A stretch of DNA of 64,000 bases from the human T2T-CHM13v2.0 reference genome, Homo sapiens (GCF_009914755.1 NC_060931.1), one strand, 5' to 3'. Numbered from the stretch's first letter, positions 38,199 through 52,900 are shown. Numbers and translations are program-made. Notes: a model not told the origin generated them from the sequence alone.

Positions 38199-39155
38199 GT
38201 GCCATGAGAGTTCCTATTTTATATTCCATACTAAAGCTATATATATTGAATATCAGAAACAACTTGTTGTTAGTCTTCAACCACATCTGGAATAAGACAA
38301 AAACTACAGCAAAGTCACTCTGCTTTGTACCATGTATAAAATGCTGAGTGCAGTCCACTTGTGACAAGGACTTGATGGACTTGATGTAGCCTTCTTCATT
38401 CTAATCTCTGATTTTGGTTTTATCTTTATTTTTCCTCCATCTTTAGATGTCATCTTTAGATGTCTTTAGATGTCATCTTTCCTGTCATCTTTAGATGACA
38501 GACCAAAAGAGTTCCCTACTTTTTTTTGATCATTCTCCAGATGAATCTTTAAAATGACACACTACCCTAGGCAACTGGTGTAACAGGAAGCCCCCTAAAC
38601 CAGAACTTGGAAGACCTGCAGCTATCTGGAAATATAGAGCAGACCACGTGTGTTTCAAGTTTGCAAGCTCAAACTGGCCTGGCCACTTTAGCCATCTGGA
38701 AAATCAGAGGAATTGGATTAGAGAAGATTTTTTCAGGCACACCCAACACTTGCCATCTATAATCCATTTTAAATAGGAATTAATTTAGACAGTTTCAATT
38801 TATATAAAAGTTTCAAGAAAATGTCTACTGCATAAAGTAAGATATCTTTCTGTATGTCTCTGCTTATACGGCAAAGATCTCAGCTTTAAAGAGGACTGTG
38901 CCTATTGCTGGGACTCAGCATGACTGGGTGGCATTTGGGAACTGGTAGGATAAGCCTAAGAAGAGCGTGATTTCCATGGATTGATTGGGATGAAGACTTT
39001 CTGGCTGCAGGAAGTCTGAGGAAGCTTTATGCATGGGAGCCTGGGAGCTAGAAATCAATGCAACGATGGGCGACATGCTGTCTCTTTCTTGATCTTGTAT
39101 TAAATTATGGCCCTTTGGGGAGAGGCATGTTAGGTGAAAGCTGCAGGTGTGTGGG

Positions 39156-39456
39156 TTTTTTGTTGTTTTTTGAGATGGGGAATCACTCTGTTGCACAAAC
39201 GAGTGCAGCAGTGTGATCATAGCTCACTGTAACCTCAAACTTCCGGGCTCAAGTGATCCTTCTGCCTCAGTTTCCCAAGTGGTTGGGACTACAGGTGGGC
39301 ATCACCACGCCTGGCTAATTTTTATTTTTATATTTTGTAGAGATGTTGTTTCGCTATGTTGCAGTTGGCTGCTCCCGAACTCCTGGCCTCAAGCTGTCCT
39401 CCCACGTTGGCCTCCCAAAGTGCTGTGATTGTAGGTGTGAACCACTGTGCCTGGCT
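39156..39456 (-). mobile_element. AluJ
   Basis: Diverged antisense dimer. Confidence 0.88.
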
Positions 39457-39914
39457 GAAGGCACCATTTTCATGAGGGAAGATGAGGTTTTGGAGAGGGA
39501 CATGTCCTACATTTTGGGGCAGCACACACTACAGCACTGGCACAAAGAGTTGTGAGGTGCTCTTTCCATCTCTACACTGCAGATTTGGGATATATTAGGA
39601 AACATGTCTTTTGACAGTGATGATGCTTCCCTTCAAGTGGCTTCTCAGCCAAGGTTGGTGAAAGGATTGATTGATTGTGACTACAGGCAAAATACCCCTG
39701 AAAACTCTCAAAAAATAATTACGGTGAAGGGGAATTTTGCAACAGACCATTATCCTGGGAAATACGTAGGAGAATAAGAAGCTCACCAAATTCAAGTAAT
39801 TACAGTTAATAAAAACTCCTTGGCACTCCCAGATAATGAGACCATTTTGAAGCCATACGCCACCACCATTGTGTAATTTTTATGAAAGAAATTCTCTTAC
39901 CATTATTTATTCTT

Positions 39915-40222
39915 GCTCTGTGCTGAATGGTAGCCACTAGCCACATGTATCTGTTGTCTACTTGAAATGTGGCAGATTTGAATTGAAATGTGCTATAAGT
40001 GTAAAATACATACTAGATTTCTGAAACAGTATAAAAAAGAATGTAAAATATTCCTTTTTATATTGATAACATATTGAAATAATAATGTCTTGGATATATT
40101 GGGTTAAATAAAACATATAACTAAAATTATTCATATGATTCTTTTTACTTCATTTTAATGTGGCTAATAGAAAATTAAAAATTATACATGTGGCTTGCAT
40201 TATACTTTTGTTAGACAGAGTT
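39915..40222 (-). mobile_element. MER33
   Basis: ATGGTAGCCACTAGCCACATG...CTTGAAATGTGGC. Confidence 0.82.
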
Positions 40223-40882
40223 GACTGATATTTAACATTTAAGTGCTAAATCATATGCTGCTTATTTTACTTTTTAATTCACACGTGCAAAAAGTTTTGG
40301 CTTGATAAAATTATACACTCCTTGAGGATAGGTTCTGTGTTTCTATTTTTCATTATTCCAGATGCTTAAGCACTGTTAGCACCTGATTTCGCTATATACT
40401 TGTTGATTTGAATTAATTTAAAAATATTTTTTTTATTTCCATAAAACTGTGAACCACTTTTAGATGGTGTCCTAGATAAGTGCATTTTGATTATAAACAG
40501 AATTTTGTATTGTTATAAAAAGCATTCAATTCAGAAAATGTGCTAATGAATAACAGAATTATTTTAATTCCATCATGAGTTTATTTTTCCATCTCCTTGT
40601 TTTATACTTCTAAAATGAGAAATTTAAGAAAGAAATCAGGGCAAAATTCTTCGTTAGTTTTTTTTTTTTGCTTATTTCTATAAGGTTTTATTAATTTATA
40701 ATTGAGAGAAATATTAACTGAAGTTCTAAAATTCTAAATTATTTTTATTTTAACTACTTATTTTGAAATAATTTTGTCATAGAAGGCTTGTAAGAACAGC
40801 ACAAGACAACTCCTATATACCTTTCAAGCAGATTTATCAATTTTTTTTGCCACATTTGCTTTACCATTCCATACCCATCTTT

Positions 40883-40885
40883 CTA

Positions 40886-40917
<32 letters not shown>

Positions 40918-40927
40918 TCTATCTATC
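40883..40927. repeat. (TCTG)n(TCTA)n tetranucleotide repeat within an old L1M remnant
   Basis: Read directly. Confidence 0.9.
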
Positions 40928-41619
40928 ACCTATTCGTATTATTTCAGGAGTCATTTGAGAGATAGTTGCAGGCATTATACTTCTTTACTCCAAAATACAT
41001 CAATGAGCATTTCCTAAGTGTATTCTTTTATAAAATCATAATAAAACGATCAATTTCATGACATTTAACACTAATTCAATGCAGGTATCCATTATACAAT
41101 ACATATCTAAATTTTGCCAATTGACGGGGGTTCAATTCAAGATCACGTCTTACATTTAATTGCCATGTCTTTTTTAGTTTCCTGTAATCAAGAACAGTTT
41201 CCAGCCTTTTTTTTCCTCTTTTATCTTTCATGACAGTATTATTTTTAAGAGCGTGGGCCTCTTAAATTTAAATAATTTTTCATTGTTTCGTACGATGTCT
41301 TTTGATGTGAGTTTCCTAGTGATGAGATGCAGGTTATGAATCTTTTGGCAGGAGCACAACAAAAGTGAAGTTGTGATCTCGGGCGCCACATCAAGAGCAC
41401 ATGATGATAGCTTCCCATTTTGGTGATGCCAGCTTGATTAAGATGGTGTCCACAGATTTTTGTACTGTAAAATTTCAGGTTTTACCTTTGTAATTCATAA
41501 ATAGTAGAGAGACACTTTGACAATTGAAATATCTAAATATTCCTTTTCAAATTTTTACCTAAATTTTTAGCCCAGATTGATGAATCTTACATGAATTAAT
41601 TACACTTCCTCATACTCTT

Positions 41620-42028
41620 TAGCCAAAGCAATATATTGCAACAGTTTAAATGCCAAGTAGATATGAGAATCCAAATGAATTCTATTAAGCAGACATTGAA
41701 GAGATTTGTAAAAATGTAAAACAATGCCACTCTTCTCACTAGCTTTTTTGTTTGTTTGTTTTGGAAAAATAAATATATTTACATACAAATATGTTACCCA
41801 TGTTAATATGTAAGAGGCTTATATAAGATTCCAGATTCCACATTTCAACTAAACTTTATTGTTATTTTAAAATGAATTAATAAAGATTTTAAAAAATTTC
41901 TCAGTATTAATTTCTAATCTAGTAAACATCAATAGATATAGCCCACATAAACCAAAGCTCTCTAAAGTCCTCAACAAGTTTGAGAATAAAAAGGGGTCTT
42001 GAGAAGAAAAAGGTTAAGAACTATTGTC
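41620..42028 (+). mobile_element. Charlie1-like hAT transposon 3' fragment
   Basis: AGATATGAGAATCCA...GATTTGTAAAAATGTAAAACAATGCCACTCTTCTC. Confidence 0.7.
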
Positions 42029-43334
42029 CAAGACCAAATGAAATGCTGATATGAGTGCTACAACCTAACATTTCTCGGGGCAGTGACAATGAAGGAGAAT
42101 TGAAACTGAGATTTCCAGAGTGCTTGCCCTTTGGACAAAAGCATCTTTAGGAAAGGCCTGATATTTTCCATAGAACATCTTTAATAATGCACATAATGTA
42201 ATATTTACAGGTGAAATAATATGATGTCTGAAATTTGTTTTAAAATAATATAATGAAAATAATGGTGATGGTGGTGGTAAGGGTATAGATGGAATAAGAT
42301 TGTGCTGTTAATTATTGAAGCTGCATGATTGGTTCATGGGGATTCATTATAAAATTCTATTTTGAGTATGTTTGAACATTTTCAAAATAAAAAAAATTTT
42401 AAAATTTTCATCTCTAGGTAAACTTTTTAATAGTATAAATTTAGGAGAGAATCAAGCTTAATTTTCTCAGATGTTATAATTATTCAAAAATTCTGTTAAT
42501 TATGGTTTCTTGGATTTACATAGTACCTTTCTTCTGTAGAGTTCAAACTGATTCATCTTGGCTGACTTTTAAAATATGAGTACTCATTATCTATTTATTT
42601 GGTCTTTTGAAACATCTTAGGGAAGTTTGCAAATTAAAAAAATAAACACATCAAATACACATAAAAAACTATCATACAATGACAAGTAAAATTATTGCAT
42701 TTTTGGAATTAGCTGTAATACAGTATATGTTGCTTGCATGCAAATTGCATAATTCTCATTAAGACTGTAGGCTCTAAAATCAGTTAAATTTGAATTTGAT
42801 TTCTGGCTCTCCTACTTTATAACACCTGTAATAACAGTAATAATAATAGAAATACTAACAAATCCAGTATTTGTAGATCTTGAAATGTGACAGGTTTTGT
42901 GCTAAGTCATACTATAGATTACTTTTGGTGAGTAAATAAGCTGCCTAAATATATATTCGCTAAGAATTTCATCAGGATTTCAAAACCAGGGTGCCAGATC
43001 ATCGTCCTTGCTCTTACCCACTGCACTACATTGCTCTATCTTACCAGCTAAGTGCTTTGCCTAAGTTATTTAATCTTTATCAGCCTAGTTCCCTATTTAA
43101 TAAAACAGGGATAAAAACGTATCCACTTCATAGGCACAAGGATTACCTCAGATAATGTACAGAAAAGACTGACACATGGCTGTCACATAAGAATATAAGG
43201 AATGACAGTTAAGATTATTTTTATTATTCATTTTTCCTCACCAAGTAGTATAGCTCCCTTAGAATCATCATCTAAGAATATATGAAATCATCTGCACAGC
43301 CAAATACAAAATATCTAAGAGTAGTTTTAGAACT

Positions 43335-44598
43335 CTCCCTCCAATATGGTTGCCACTGGTCACATATGTGGGGAAAAGCAAGAGAGATCAGATTGTTACT
43401 GTGTCTGTGTAGAAAGAAGTAGACATAGGAGACTCCATTTTGTTATGTACTAAGAAAAATTCTTCTGCCTTGAGATTCTGTTAATCTATAACCTTACCCC
43501 CAACCCCATGCTCTCTGAAACGTGTGCTGTGTCAACTCAGAGTTAAATGGATTAAGGGCGGTGCAAGATGTGCTTTGTTAAACAGATGCTTGAAGGCAGC
43601 ATGCTCCTTAAGAGTCATCACCACTCCCTAATCTCAAGTACCCAGGGACACAAAAACTGCGGAAGGCCGCAGGGACCTCTGCCTAGGAAAGCCAGGTATT
43701 GTCCAAGGTTTCTCCCCATGTGATAGTCTGAAATATGGCCTCGTGGGAAGGGAAAGACCTGACCGTCCCCCAGCCCGACACCCGTAAAGGGTCTGTGCTG
43801 AGGAGGATTAGTAAAAGAGGAAGGAATGCCTCTTGCAGTTGAGACAAGAGGAAGGCATCTGTCTCCTGCCTGTCCCTGGGCAATGGAATGTCTCGGTATA
43901 AAACCCGATTGTATGCTCCATCTACTGAGATAGGGAAAAACCGCCTTAGGGCTGGAGGTGGGACCTGCGGGCAGCAATACTGCTTTGTAAAGCATTGAGA
44001 TGTTTATGTGTATGCATATCTAAAAGCACAGCACTTAATCCTTTACATTGTCTGTGATGCAAAGACCTTTGTTCACGTGTTTGTCTGCTGACCCTCTCCC
44101 CACAATTGTCTTGTGACCCTGACACATCCCCCTCTTTGAGAAACACCCACAGATGATCAATAAATACTAAGGGAACTCAGAGGCTGGCGGGATCCTCCAT
44201 ATGCTGAACGCTGGTTCCCCGGTTCCCCTTATTTCTTTCTCTATACTTTGTCTCTGTGTCTTTTTCTTTTCCAAATCTCTCGTCCCACCTTACGAGAAAC
44301 ACCCACAGGTGTGTAGGGGCAACCCACCCCTACACACGTATGCACTTGAAATGTGGCTAGTCAGAATTATGATGGGCTATATGTATAAAATACACACCAG
44401 ACTTCAAAGATTTAATATGAAAAACAAAAGTATCTCTTTAATATTTTTATATTGCATGTATATTGAAATAATAATACTATGAATATTTTGAGTTAAAATA
44501 GTATTAAAATTAATTCTACCTGTTATTAAACAAAGTTTAAGTGGCTCTTAGAACCTGTAAAATCAAATTGTGGCTTTCCTGTTTCTATGGACAGTGCT
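43335..44598 (-). mobile_element. MER33 split by LTR5_Hs
   Basis: CCAATATGGTTGCCACTGGTCAC on the left resumes as GCACTTGAAATGTGGCTAGT on the right and ends GGACAGTGCT. Confidence 0.82.
43367..44334 (+). mobile_element. HERV-K(HML-2) solo LTR, LTR5_Hs
   Basis: TGTGGGGAAAAGCAAGAGAG...CCACCCCTACA, 968 bp. TATAAAA at 43897, AATAAA at 44159. 6-bp TSD CACATA/CACGTA. Splits a MER33. Confidence 0.97.
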
Positions 44599-44645
44599 AG
44601 TCTAGAACCCGGGTTACTTCATAAATGGTAATTCCTTTATGAAGC

Positions 44646-44803
44646 TTTTTCTTCGAGGTAGGGTTTCACTTTATATCCCAGGCTGGAGTGCAGTGGCAAG
44701 TTCCTGGCTCACTGCAGCCTTGGACTCGTGAGGCTCAAGAAATCCTCCCACCTCAGCCTCCTGAGTAGTTAAGACTATAGGCACGCCATCACCATGGGCT
44801 AAT
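44646..44803 (-). mobile_element. Alu right-arm monomer (FRAM/AluJ fragment)
   Basis: Single Alu arm. Confidence 0.8.
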
Positions 44804-45272
44804 ATGCTTCCCCTGCCTCTGCCTTGCATTAAAGCCTGAGATACTGCTGCCTTTCCATAGTTGAAATCATTTACAATGTGGTTAATATCAATAATACAAA
44901 AGAAAAAAGAGGTTGTTGACATATATGATCCTAGTATTTTTGGTGGGGTAGACTCTAGGCAGGAAGCCAGCATTCTTCAATCATCTTCCTAACTGCTAAG
45001 TGAGAAATTCCATTGTGTATTATTCTTCCCCAACCATACAACCTTATCACTCAAATTATAGTTTCAGGAAAAGAGCTATAAGAATGGTGAGAATCCTTGA
45101 GCTAGAAAAATAAGAACATTACATTATGTTTAAAATGCAAGTAATCTTCCTCTTGATATTATCAACACATATACTAATAGCAGACGGGTATTGACATAAA
45201 ATAGTTTTATCTCTTGGCCATATTGATTTAGTTTTTTTTCAAAGTGTATTTAAAAAAAAAACCCTATAAAAG

Positions 45273-45408
45273 TAGGGTGACCATACATCCTGATTTTCCT
45301 GGCAGGATCCCAGTTTACACCTGTTGTCCTGGCATAATTATTAACTAGCTCTCCCTTTCACTTTCAAAAGTGTTTCAGTATGGACAGTAAGTTTCATGGT
45401 TCACCTTT
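45273..45408. mobile_element. MER94-like hAT-Blackjack MITE
   Basis: AGGGTGACCAT...ATGGTTCACCT inverted termini. Confidence 0.7.
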
Positions 45409-47773
45409 CATAAGATCCTCATTGATGGTAGGATTTCTTGATTCAATAAGCTTGGGAAATAAATCATATTCCATCTCCCTCTTAGAAATTTACAACATGT
45501 ACTCGCTTCTGAGAAGTCATATAATAAATGTTTTTAACTTAGTGTAACTCATTTCCTAAATTTATTTCATTATTGAAACTCCCTTTTTTCCTGTGACACA
45601 TATAACATCCCACAGAACACACTTAAAATTAGTTTAACCATATTCAGAATTTTTCAATGCCAGGTTTTTAACTAACAGGTTTCTACCATAGGAGGAATAA
45701 CAATTTTTTATCATTATGTAAATAAATATATAATCTTTTGATTATATATTTATAAATCAAATATAAATATAAAGTCAAAAGCGTTTGACTTTTTCTAAAG
45801 TGTAGCATTGATATGAGCAGGTATCTGCTTAAAGAAATTTTTTCCTTTTATTCATGATCAGGAAATCTGAGTTTCAGCTAATTTCAGTTAATTTCAATAA
45901 ATATTCATCCCATGCGTCCTACACATCAAGCCCTGGGCTAGTACTGATAATGCAAAGATGAATCAGACATGATCCTTTATGGATTAAGTTGTATAGAAAA
46001 TGTGGATTAGTTTGCCTTCTCTATGTTGGGACTTTTTTCCCTAATTTTTATTGATTGGTTGTTTTCATAATTGCATTTCTACTTCTCATCATATTATCAA
46101 CAGTCTATGAAGGTTAGTAGAATTAATCTAGTGGTGGAACACACATGATTGTATTAAGAATTAATAGTTAAGTGATATAACAAGACATAAATGAAGTGAT
46201 ATTAAAACATAGAGAAGGAATTACTCAGTTCTCCCCAGAATCATTGAAAAGGATTTCACTGACGAGGTCCTATGTGAGTAGAGCCTTGAAAAAAATTAAA
46301 ATGCTGACAGACACACAGAGAGTATAAGTATTTTCAGGCCAAGAGAGTTGTTTGCACAATTCCAGTAGAGACCATGTAAGCCCATGTTCCATGCTGCTGG
46401 GAACAGGTTAGGGTGATGGGGGGCAAATATAAGTTTAAAAAAAAATTGGGAACCAAACATAAAATCTGTTTAAATATGATTTAAGGAGAATGAAGAAACG
46501 ACCTATGATTTTAATGACTAGACTTTATGTCATTGGTGAGTACCCTTCAATATTGGACAGCCAACTCTTTAAAAGACTGATGAGAAAATTTCACTGGCGT
46601 GTTAAATGTCTACCAAAGAAATAAAAGTATGCTAAGTTACCACCACATAAAATAGCTTTTGGTCACTCCCTTTCAATAAAATAATTGTCATAAAATGTGT
46701 TTGTAATCTAATCTTACTATTTTAGCAAGAACTTCCTCCAGAAAGTAGTCACTGTGTACATGCGTGTGTGTTCATGTAACAGCAACAGAGTATATGTGTA
46801 AAAGAGAGTTTAATTCTGTTGTTTGAATATCCTTCAGTTTCCCATCTGTATAGTAAATAATTTTCCTGGTATTTTAAAGTACGTCTAGTCTTGATTTAAA
46901 AAGAAACTCCTTAATTTCAGTATATTTGTTAAAATAAGGTGTTAGATAAGTGAGTTCAAACTATGTCTAACAAACATATTAGTCAGAAATTTAGCACAGA
47001 CTTTGTATACTGCATAATAGCAATATCATAATTGTTTTTCAAAACTCTTGAGATATTGATAATCTAGAACTTTACATTTTTCACCAGTTGAGAAGTTGCT
47101 TAATACAACTAGAAAATGTGACATAAGCCTCACACTGACCTCACTTAATGACCAGCCAAAGGAAAACAGAAGTTTAGAGGCTTCACAGCTGCTGACACAG
47201 AGTCCTTGGAAAGAATTATTTTGGAATATTCTTACTGTTGCTAAAGAAAGGAATGAGAAGGTCAGAAATAGGAAACCAGGAAGAAAACAAGCTTGTCAGC
47301 ATTCAAAACTGATTACCAGGGAATTACTTTCTGGTTAAAAATCCACAGTGTTGCAGTAACTTTATTTAGCAATGTTTTTATCAAAGGACTTTCATTGTGT
47401 GTGTTTTGCTACAAATAAATTTGCTTACCTTAACTCTATAAAGAGCTAAACAAACCACATCTGCTTTTATTTGAATTTGCTAGTTTTCACCACCACTACC
47501 AATTCCACTGAAAACAAGGAGCCTTCCAGGATGTGGGAAGGACCTTGGTAGTCGCAGGTTGGATTATGTGGTTGTTGCTTTTGTTACTGTACATATCTTA
47601 GAGTAAGTCAGGTATCAAGCTGTGTGACCTCTAGAACTAGCAACTAGAATCCTGCTACTGTGTTAGGGAGTTGTATGTTGAGTGTAACAAAGAGAGAAGT
47701 GGTGTTTTTCTGATCAAAACCAGCTGGATAATTTATTTTCATTCTTCCATTTGCCTTGACACTTGTACCATAA

Positions 47774-48112
<339 letters not shown>

Positions 48113-48666
48113 TAAGTATTTGGATTTCTTTAAACAAATAAAACATGTCTCACTTGGCTAGCTAGCCACTCTACCTGTTATATGAGGCAGTGGGCAGTCC
48201 ATGAGTTGAGATTCAGAAGGGCTGCACTCAATGTTCTACTTATTTACTACTTGATTAACCTTGTCTAAGGCAAGTTAACTTTCTTAGTCCCAGTTTCACC
48301 ATCTTTAAGAATGGGGATGATGATACATATATTGTAAAGAAGTGATCAAAAGAGATTGTATATGCCACGTATTTCATGAAAATAATAATGTGCTGCACTC
48401 TGCTGTACTCCTTCATCTCCCATCCCTTCCACAAACACATTTTTACTTCCCTTTTGCTTCTTTAAGTTCTTTGAACTCAGAGCTGGATTAAGGCATGGGA
48501 CACATGGACAGCCTCAGTTGAGTGCCAACCTATAAAAATGCTACCCAGCCCTGGATTACATTGAAAATATGTTGCCAGATAATGCAGGCTTTGATTTGCT
48601 ATCCTAGGCAAAATGTAAATTTACATTTCCTTTCCTGGCAAAAGAAGCAAGCCCTTCAGTAGAAAC

Positions 48667-48669
<3 letters not shown>

Positions 48670-48697
<28 letters not shown>

Positions 48698-48710
48698 ACA
48701 AAACAAACAA
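48670..48710. repeat. (AAAAC)n pentanucleotide repeat
   Basis: Read directly. Confidence 0.92.
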
Positions 48711-49439
48711 CTACAACTCCTTGCTAGAATCACCTCTCTTTTCTGAGCGTTCTTGCACACAAGCAGTTACAAATAGCCAAAATCCCAAGGTCCAAAATGC
48801 AGGCCATAATACTGCTTAATAGGGACATGATTCACCTTTTAATTTAAAATTTTAATCTCTGAATATGCTTCCAACTAAGTGGTCACATTTTTTGAAAATA
48901 CAGACTGTGCTTTAAGCAGAAGTCAATCAGTAAAAAAATTTGTTTTTATGTACAACTTTTTATTAATATAATTTTTCACACTCTACATAAGTGCTCAAAA
49001 AGTAGTTTGGGGTGAAAGAGGTGTCAAATCACTTGGTTGCCAATGATGCTGAGGTTTGCTTGCACTCACTATGATTTTTCTACATATTTCCACCTCCACA
49101 CATACTATCCTTACTCCACTTTGTTCACTACTTATCTTTTGACCCATTTGAAAAATCAATTCATCTATGATACCTTCTTTTCTCTGTTATTTCCCTACAG
49201 GGAATTACAATGACTCCTTGATTCTAGAACATCAGCTTTATTTTTTTTTTTTGAAAATCAGAGCCAAACAAATAGAATATTAAAAGTATGCATCAGTTTT
49301 AAGACATGTTCCAATGGGGAAACATTAAAGTAATCAAACAAGTTTTAAAATCTAGTAAATGGGGTAGTTGCTTTGTCTGCCACAATTGTGTTGCAACCTT
49401 AGCACATAATACATTCTCTATTTTGGTATGTATCACATG

Positions 49440-49440
<1 letters not shown>

Positions 49441-49484
<44 letters not shown>
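49441..49484. repeat. (TATC)11 tetranucleotide STR
   Basis: Read directly, uninterrupted. Confidence 0.95.
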
Positions 49485-49488
<4 letters not shown>

Positions 49489-49557
49489 ATCTATCTAAAC
49501 TGTAAAGGGTATGAATTTGGTTCATGAGACTTGGGTGAATAAAGTCTGCATTATTAA

Positions 49558-49872
49558 CTGGGCGCGGTGGCTCATGCCTGTAATCCCAGCACTTTGAGAA
49601 GCTGAGGCGGGCAGATAACCTGAGATAAGGAGTTCAAGACCAGCCTGGCTTACGTGGCAAAAACCCGTCTCTACTAAAAATACAAAAATTAGCCGGGCAT
49701 GGTGGAGGGCACCTGTAATCACCGCTACTTGGTAGGCTGAGGCAGGAGAATCGCTTGAACCAGGAGGCAGAGGTTGCAGTGAGCTGAGATTGCACCATTG
49801 CACTCCAGCCTGGGCAACAAGAGCAAAACTCTGTCTCAAAAAAAAAAAAAAAAAAAAGAAAAAGAAAAAAAA
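49558..49872 (+). mobile_element. AluS (Sq/Sp-like)
   Basis: CCATTGCAC...GGCAACAAGAGCAAAACT diagnostics. Confidence 0.92.
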
Positions 49873-50765
49873 AGCTGCATTACTTTATTTTGAAAAATCA
49901 AAATGTATCTCACTCTGAACTTCCTTGTAAACATGACTATGATTTACTAGAGGGCCCTTCCTTAGCATTGCTCAAGATTCCCTGGGGCATTATATAGTTA
50001 TCCCATGTTGTCATGAAAGAAAAGATTCTTTTACATTTTAAATTTTTTTTTTTTCTGTGACAGGTCAGCTGAGGAGAGGAAAGGATTCTTAGCTTGAGTT
50101 CACTCCAGTTGCCTAATGTCATGCCCATTGCTCAAGCCCATGTGGCCTGTTTGAAGGTAGGCTGCCCTGCTTCTTGTGAAGTGTCCTCCTCCATGCTCAA
50201 CTCAGCCCTAGCAGCCTTCTCCAAAGCTTGCAAGGCCATGGCAGTATTGAGTCACCAGCCATTTATATGCATGTCTTATCAGCAGTCCTACCACCTATTG
50301 GGATTCTGACTGGGAATAAGACCCAAGTCCCTACCCGCCTTAGGAAATCCTCTCTATGGCCCAGTCAACCCCATCATCAATTTCAAACAATAACCTCACC
50401 TTCTGAGTAGTGGATTGAGGAAGCATAATCTTCCTTAATGCGTCTGAATCCCAAACAGTTTAATTTTGTCCCTAAGAGTTCAGTGTGTGTTTATTGAGAG
50501 GAGGAGGGGCAATTGCAGTGACAGCAAACTTCATCTCTTTGGATGAAAAACAGAAAAAGAGATAATTTTTTTAACCATGGTGAGTCAACAGCAGGGAAAT
50601 CCAAAAATAGCATTAAGCAACAAACACAACTTACCAGTTGGTTTGTTGTGTGCCCATCCCCTCTCAATAGACATGGGTCTTGAGGATAAGAGCTTTGTTT
50701 CTTTATAAATGGGTCTTCGGCACTCAACATAGTACATGTTATCAGCCAATAAATATTGGCTCAGT

Positions 50766-51017
50766 GGCCAGGAGAGGTGGCTCATGTCTGTAATCCCAGC
50801 ACTTTGTGCAGCCAAGGCAGGAGGATCACTTGAGCCCTGGAGTTCGAGACTAGCCTGGGCAACACAGTGAGACCTCATCTCTACTAAGATAAAATTTTAA
50901 AAATTAAGCTGGGCCTGGTGGCACACACCTATAGTCTGAGCTACTTGGGAAGCTGAGGTGGGAGGAATGCTTGAGCCCAGCCTGGACAACATAGTGAGAT
51001 CTTGTCTCAGAAAAAAA
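50766..51017 (+). mobile_element. AluJ with a right-arm internal deletion
   Basis: GAGCCCAG is joined directly to CCTGGACAAC, consistent with CCAG microhomology. Confidence 0.87.
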
Positions 51018-52439
51018 TGCTCAATGAACTGAATGTATTGTCAGTTACTATTTGTGTCTTCTAGAATAATTCTGGTCTTAGAAACTTTTAGATGCATTAA
51101 AATATGAAACTAGTTGAATAGAATTCAAGGACAAATCTCTGTTCTTCAACCATAACATCTTGATAAATTTGCTCCCAAATGAACAAGGAATATTGGTTAT
51201 CAAATATGCTAAATTGAAATTTTAAAATTCTGAGATCTAAAATAGATCTCAGCTCTGCTTTTAACCCCTGAGAAGTCATTCTATCTCTTTGTACCACTGT
51301 GTCTCTTCACATATTGTGAAGTTACTAAAGTGTTCTGAATTTAGATGAAAAGTACACACTGTTCATGGAGGGTACAGGAATATTTTTGAAAGTAAAATAT
51401 TTGATGGGTACACAGACACTTGTACTTTGCTTTTGTTACATATTTAGCAGTTAGTTTATATCACTGACAAATAGCAAGAACATTTCATGTGAGAACAAGG
51501 AAGTACCTTGGTTACTGTGCAGTTATCAGTGTACACTTCAAAACCTGTGCTATTTTACTACCTCTGTTCGTAAAATTCCTTCATTAAAAATGTAATTGTA
51601 AGCCAATTTTCAAGCCTGTTCTTTAGATAGCTAAAGCCCCATGCTGCTGCTTTTCATCCTTTCTCTATCTAATAAATATTCACCACGAGACCACCACCAT
51701 GCATTAAAGATTACAGTCACTCTGATAGAAATTACTTATAGGACTTGTTATGGCACAAATTAGAGAGAAGAGATTGAATTCTGGAGACTGAAATGACCCA
51801 TGAAGGTGTATTTATCCAGCACATATTTATGAAGACATCTTCACCAGGAGCCACAGTGGGCTCTGATAAAAGCTATGATTTATCAGTAAATGCTACTCTC
51901 AAGAAGATTGTTATTTCTAGAGGTGGAAACAACACAAACACACAAATAACTATAATTTAGGACGTGAAGTGATAAATAGTATAAGACGAATGGAGTTTAG
52001 GAGCGGTAGTGACCATTTTCAGCTAGAGGAATTGAGCATTTCAGCTTAGAAGGGTCAGCTTAGAAGGGTCATTGAACTATGCCTTAGAGAATGGACTATA
52101 ATCCATTTGGACAAGGGCTGACTGGGGAGGGAGGTAACATGATGCAAGGAACACCTTGAACAATGACATACACTCTGACCAGGAGAGGCAAATCAACTGC
52201 TTCAAACAATAGTGAATAGTCATGTGTCATTGTATTTCCTGCTTGGGTATATAAAATATGCATATTTCATTGAAATAATGAAAGGTATAATTATGAAACA
52301 TATGCTCTGTTATTTGCTACTTCATAAATATTCAAAAATGACCAACAGAAAATATATTGAGAGTAAAATAGTACTTTCTGAAGTCCTTTTAATTGTTTTC
52401 CACATTTTTCTTGTCAAAGTAAGCTGTTAGCTCAGCTAT

Positions 52440-52900
52440 TGGATTAGTCAGAGTTCTCCTGAGAAATAGAACCAATAGGACGTATACATGAATACATATA
52501 TGTATGTATATATATCCATATACACATAAGTACAAACACAAATATGTATGTGTATGTGTGTGTGTGTATATATATCCTATTTGTTGGACAGAGAGATTGA
52601 GAGCCAGAGCGAGAGTGAGAATGAGTGAGCCAGAGAGAGAATGAGTGAGCCAGAGAGAGAGAGAGATTGTAAGGAATTGAATCACACAATTATGGGGGCT
52701 GGCAAGTCTGAAATTTGAAGGGCTGTTAGGTAGGGAAAATTCTGGCAGGTGTTTATCTCACAGTCTTGAGTCTGATGCAATTTGGAGGCAGAATTTCTTC
52801 TTTGAGGCGGGGGAAACCTCAGTCTTTTCTCTTAAGGCCTTCTACTGATTAGTTGCCCACCCACATTAGCCAATTCAAGTTGACACATGAAATTGACCGT
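52440..52900 (-). mobile_element. MLT2 LTR with internal (TA/TG)n and (GA)n tracts
   Basis: TTAGTCAGAGTTCTCC...AGAACCAATAGGA...CAAGTTGACACAT. Confidence 0.78.
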
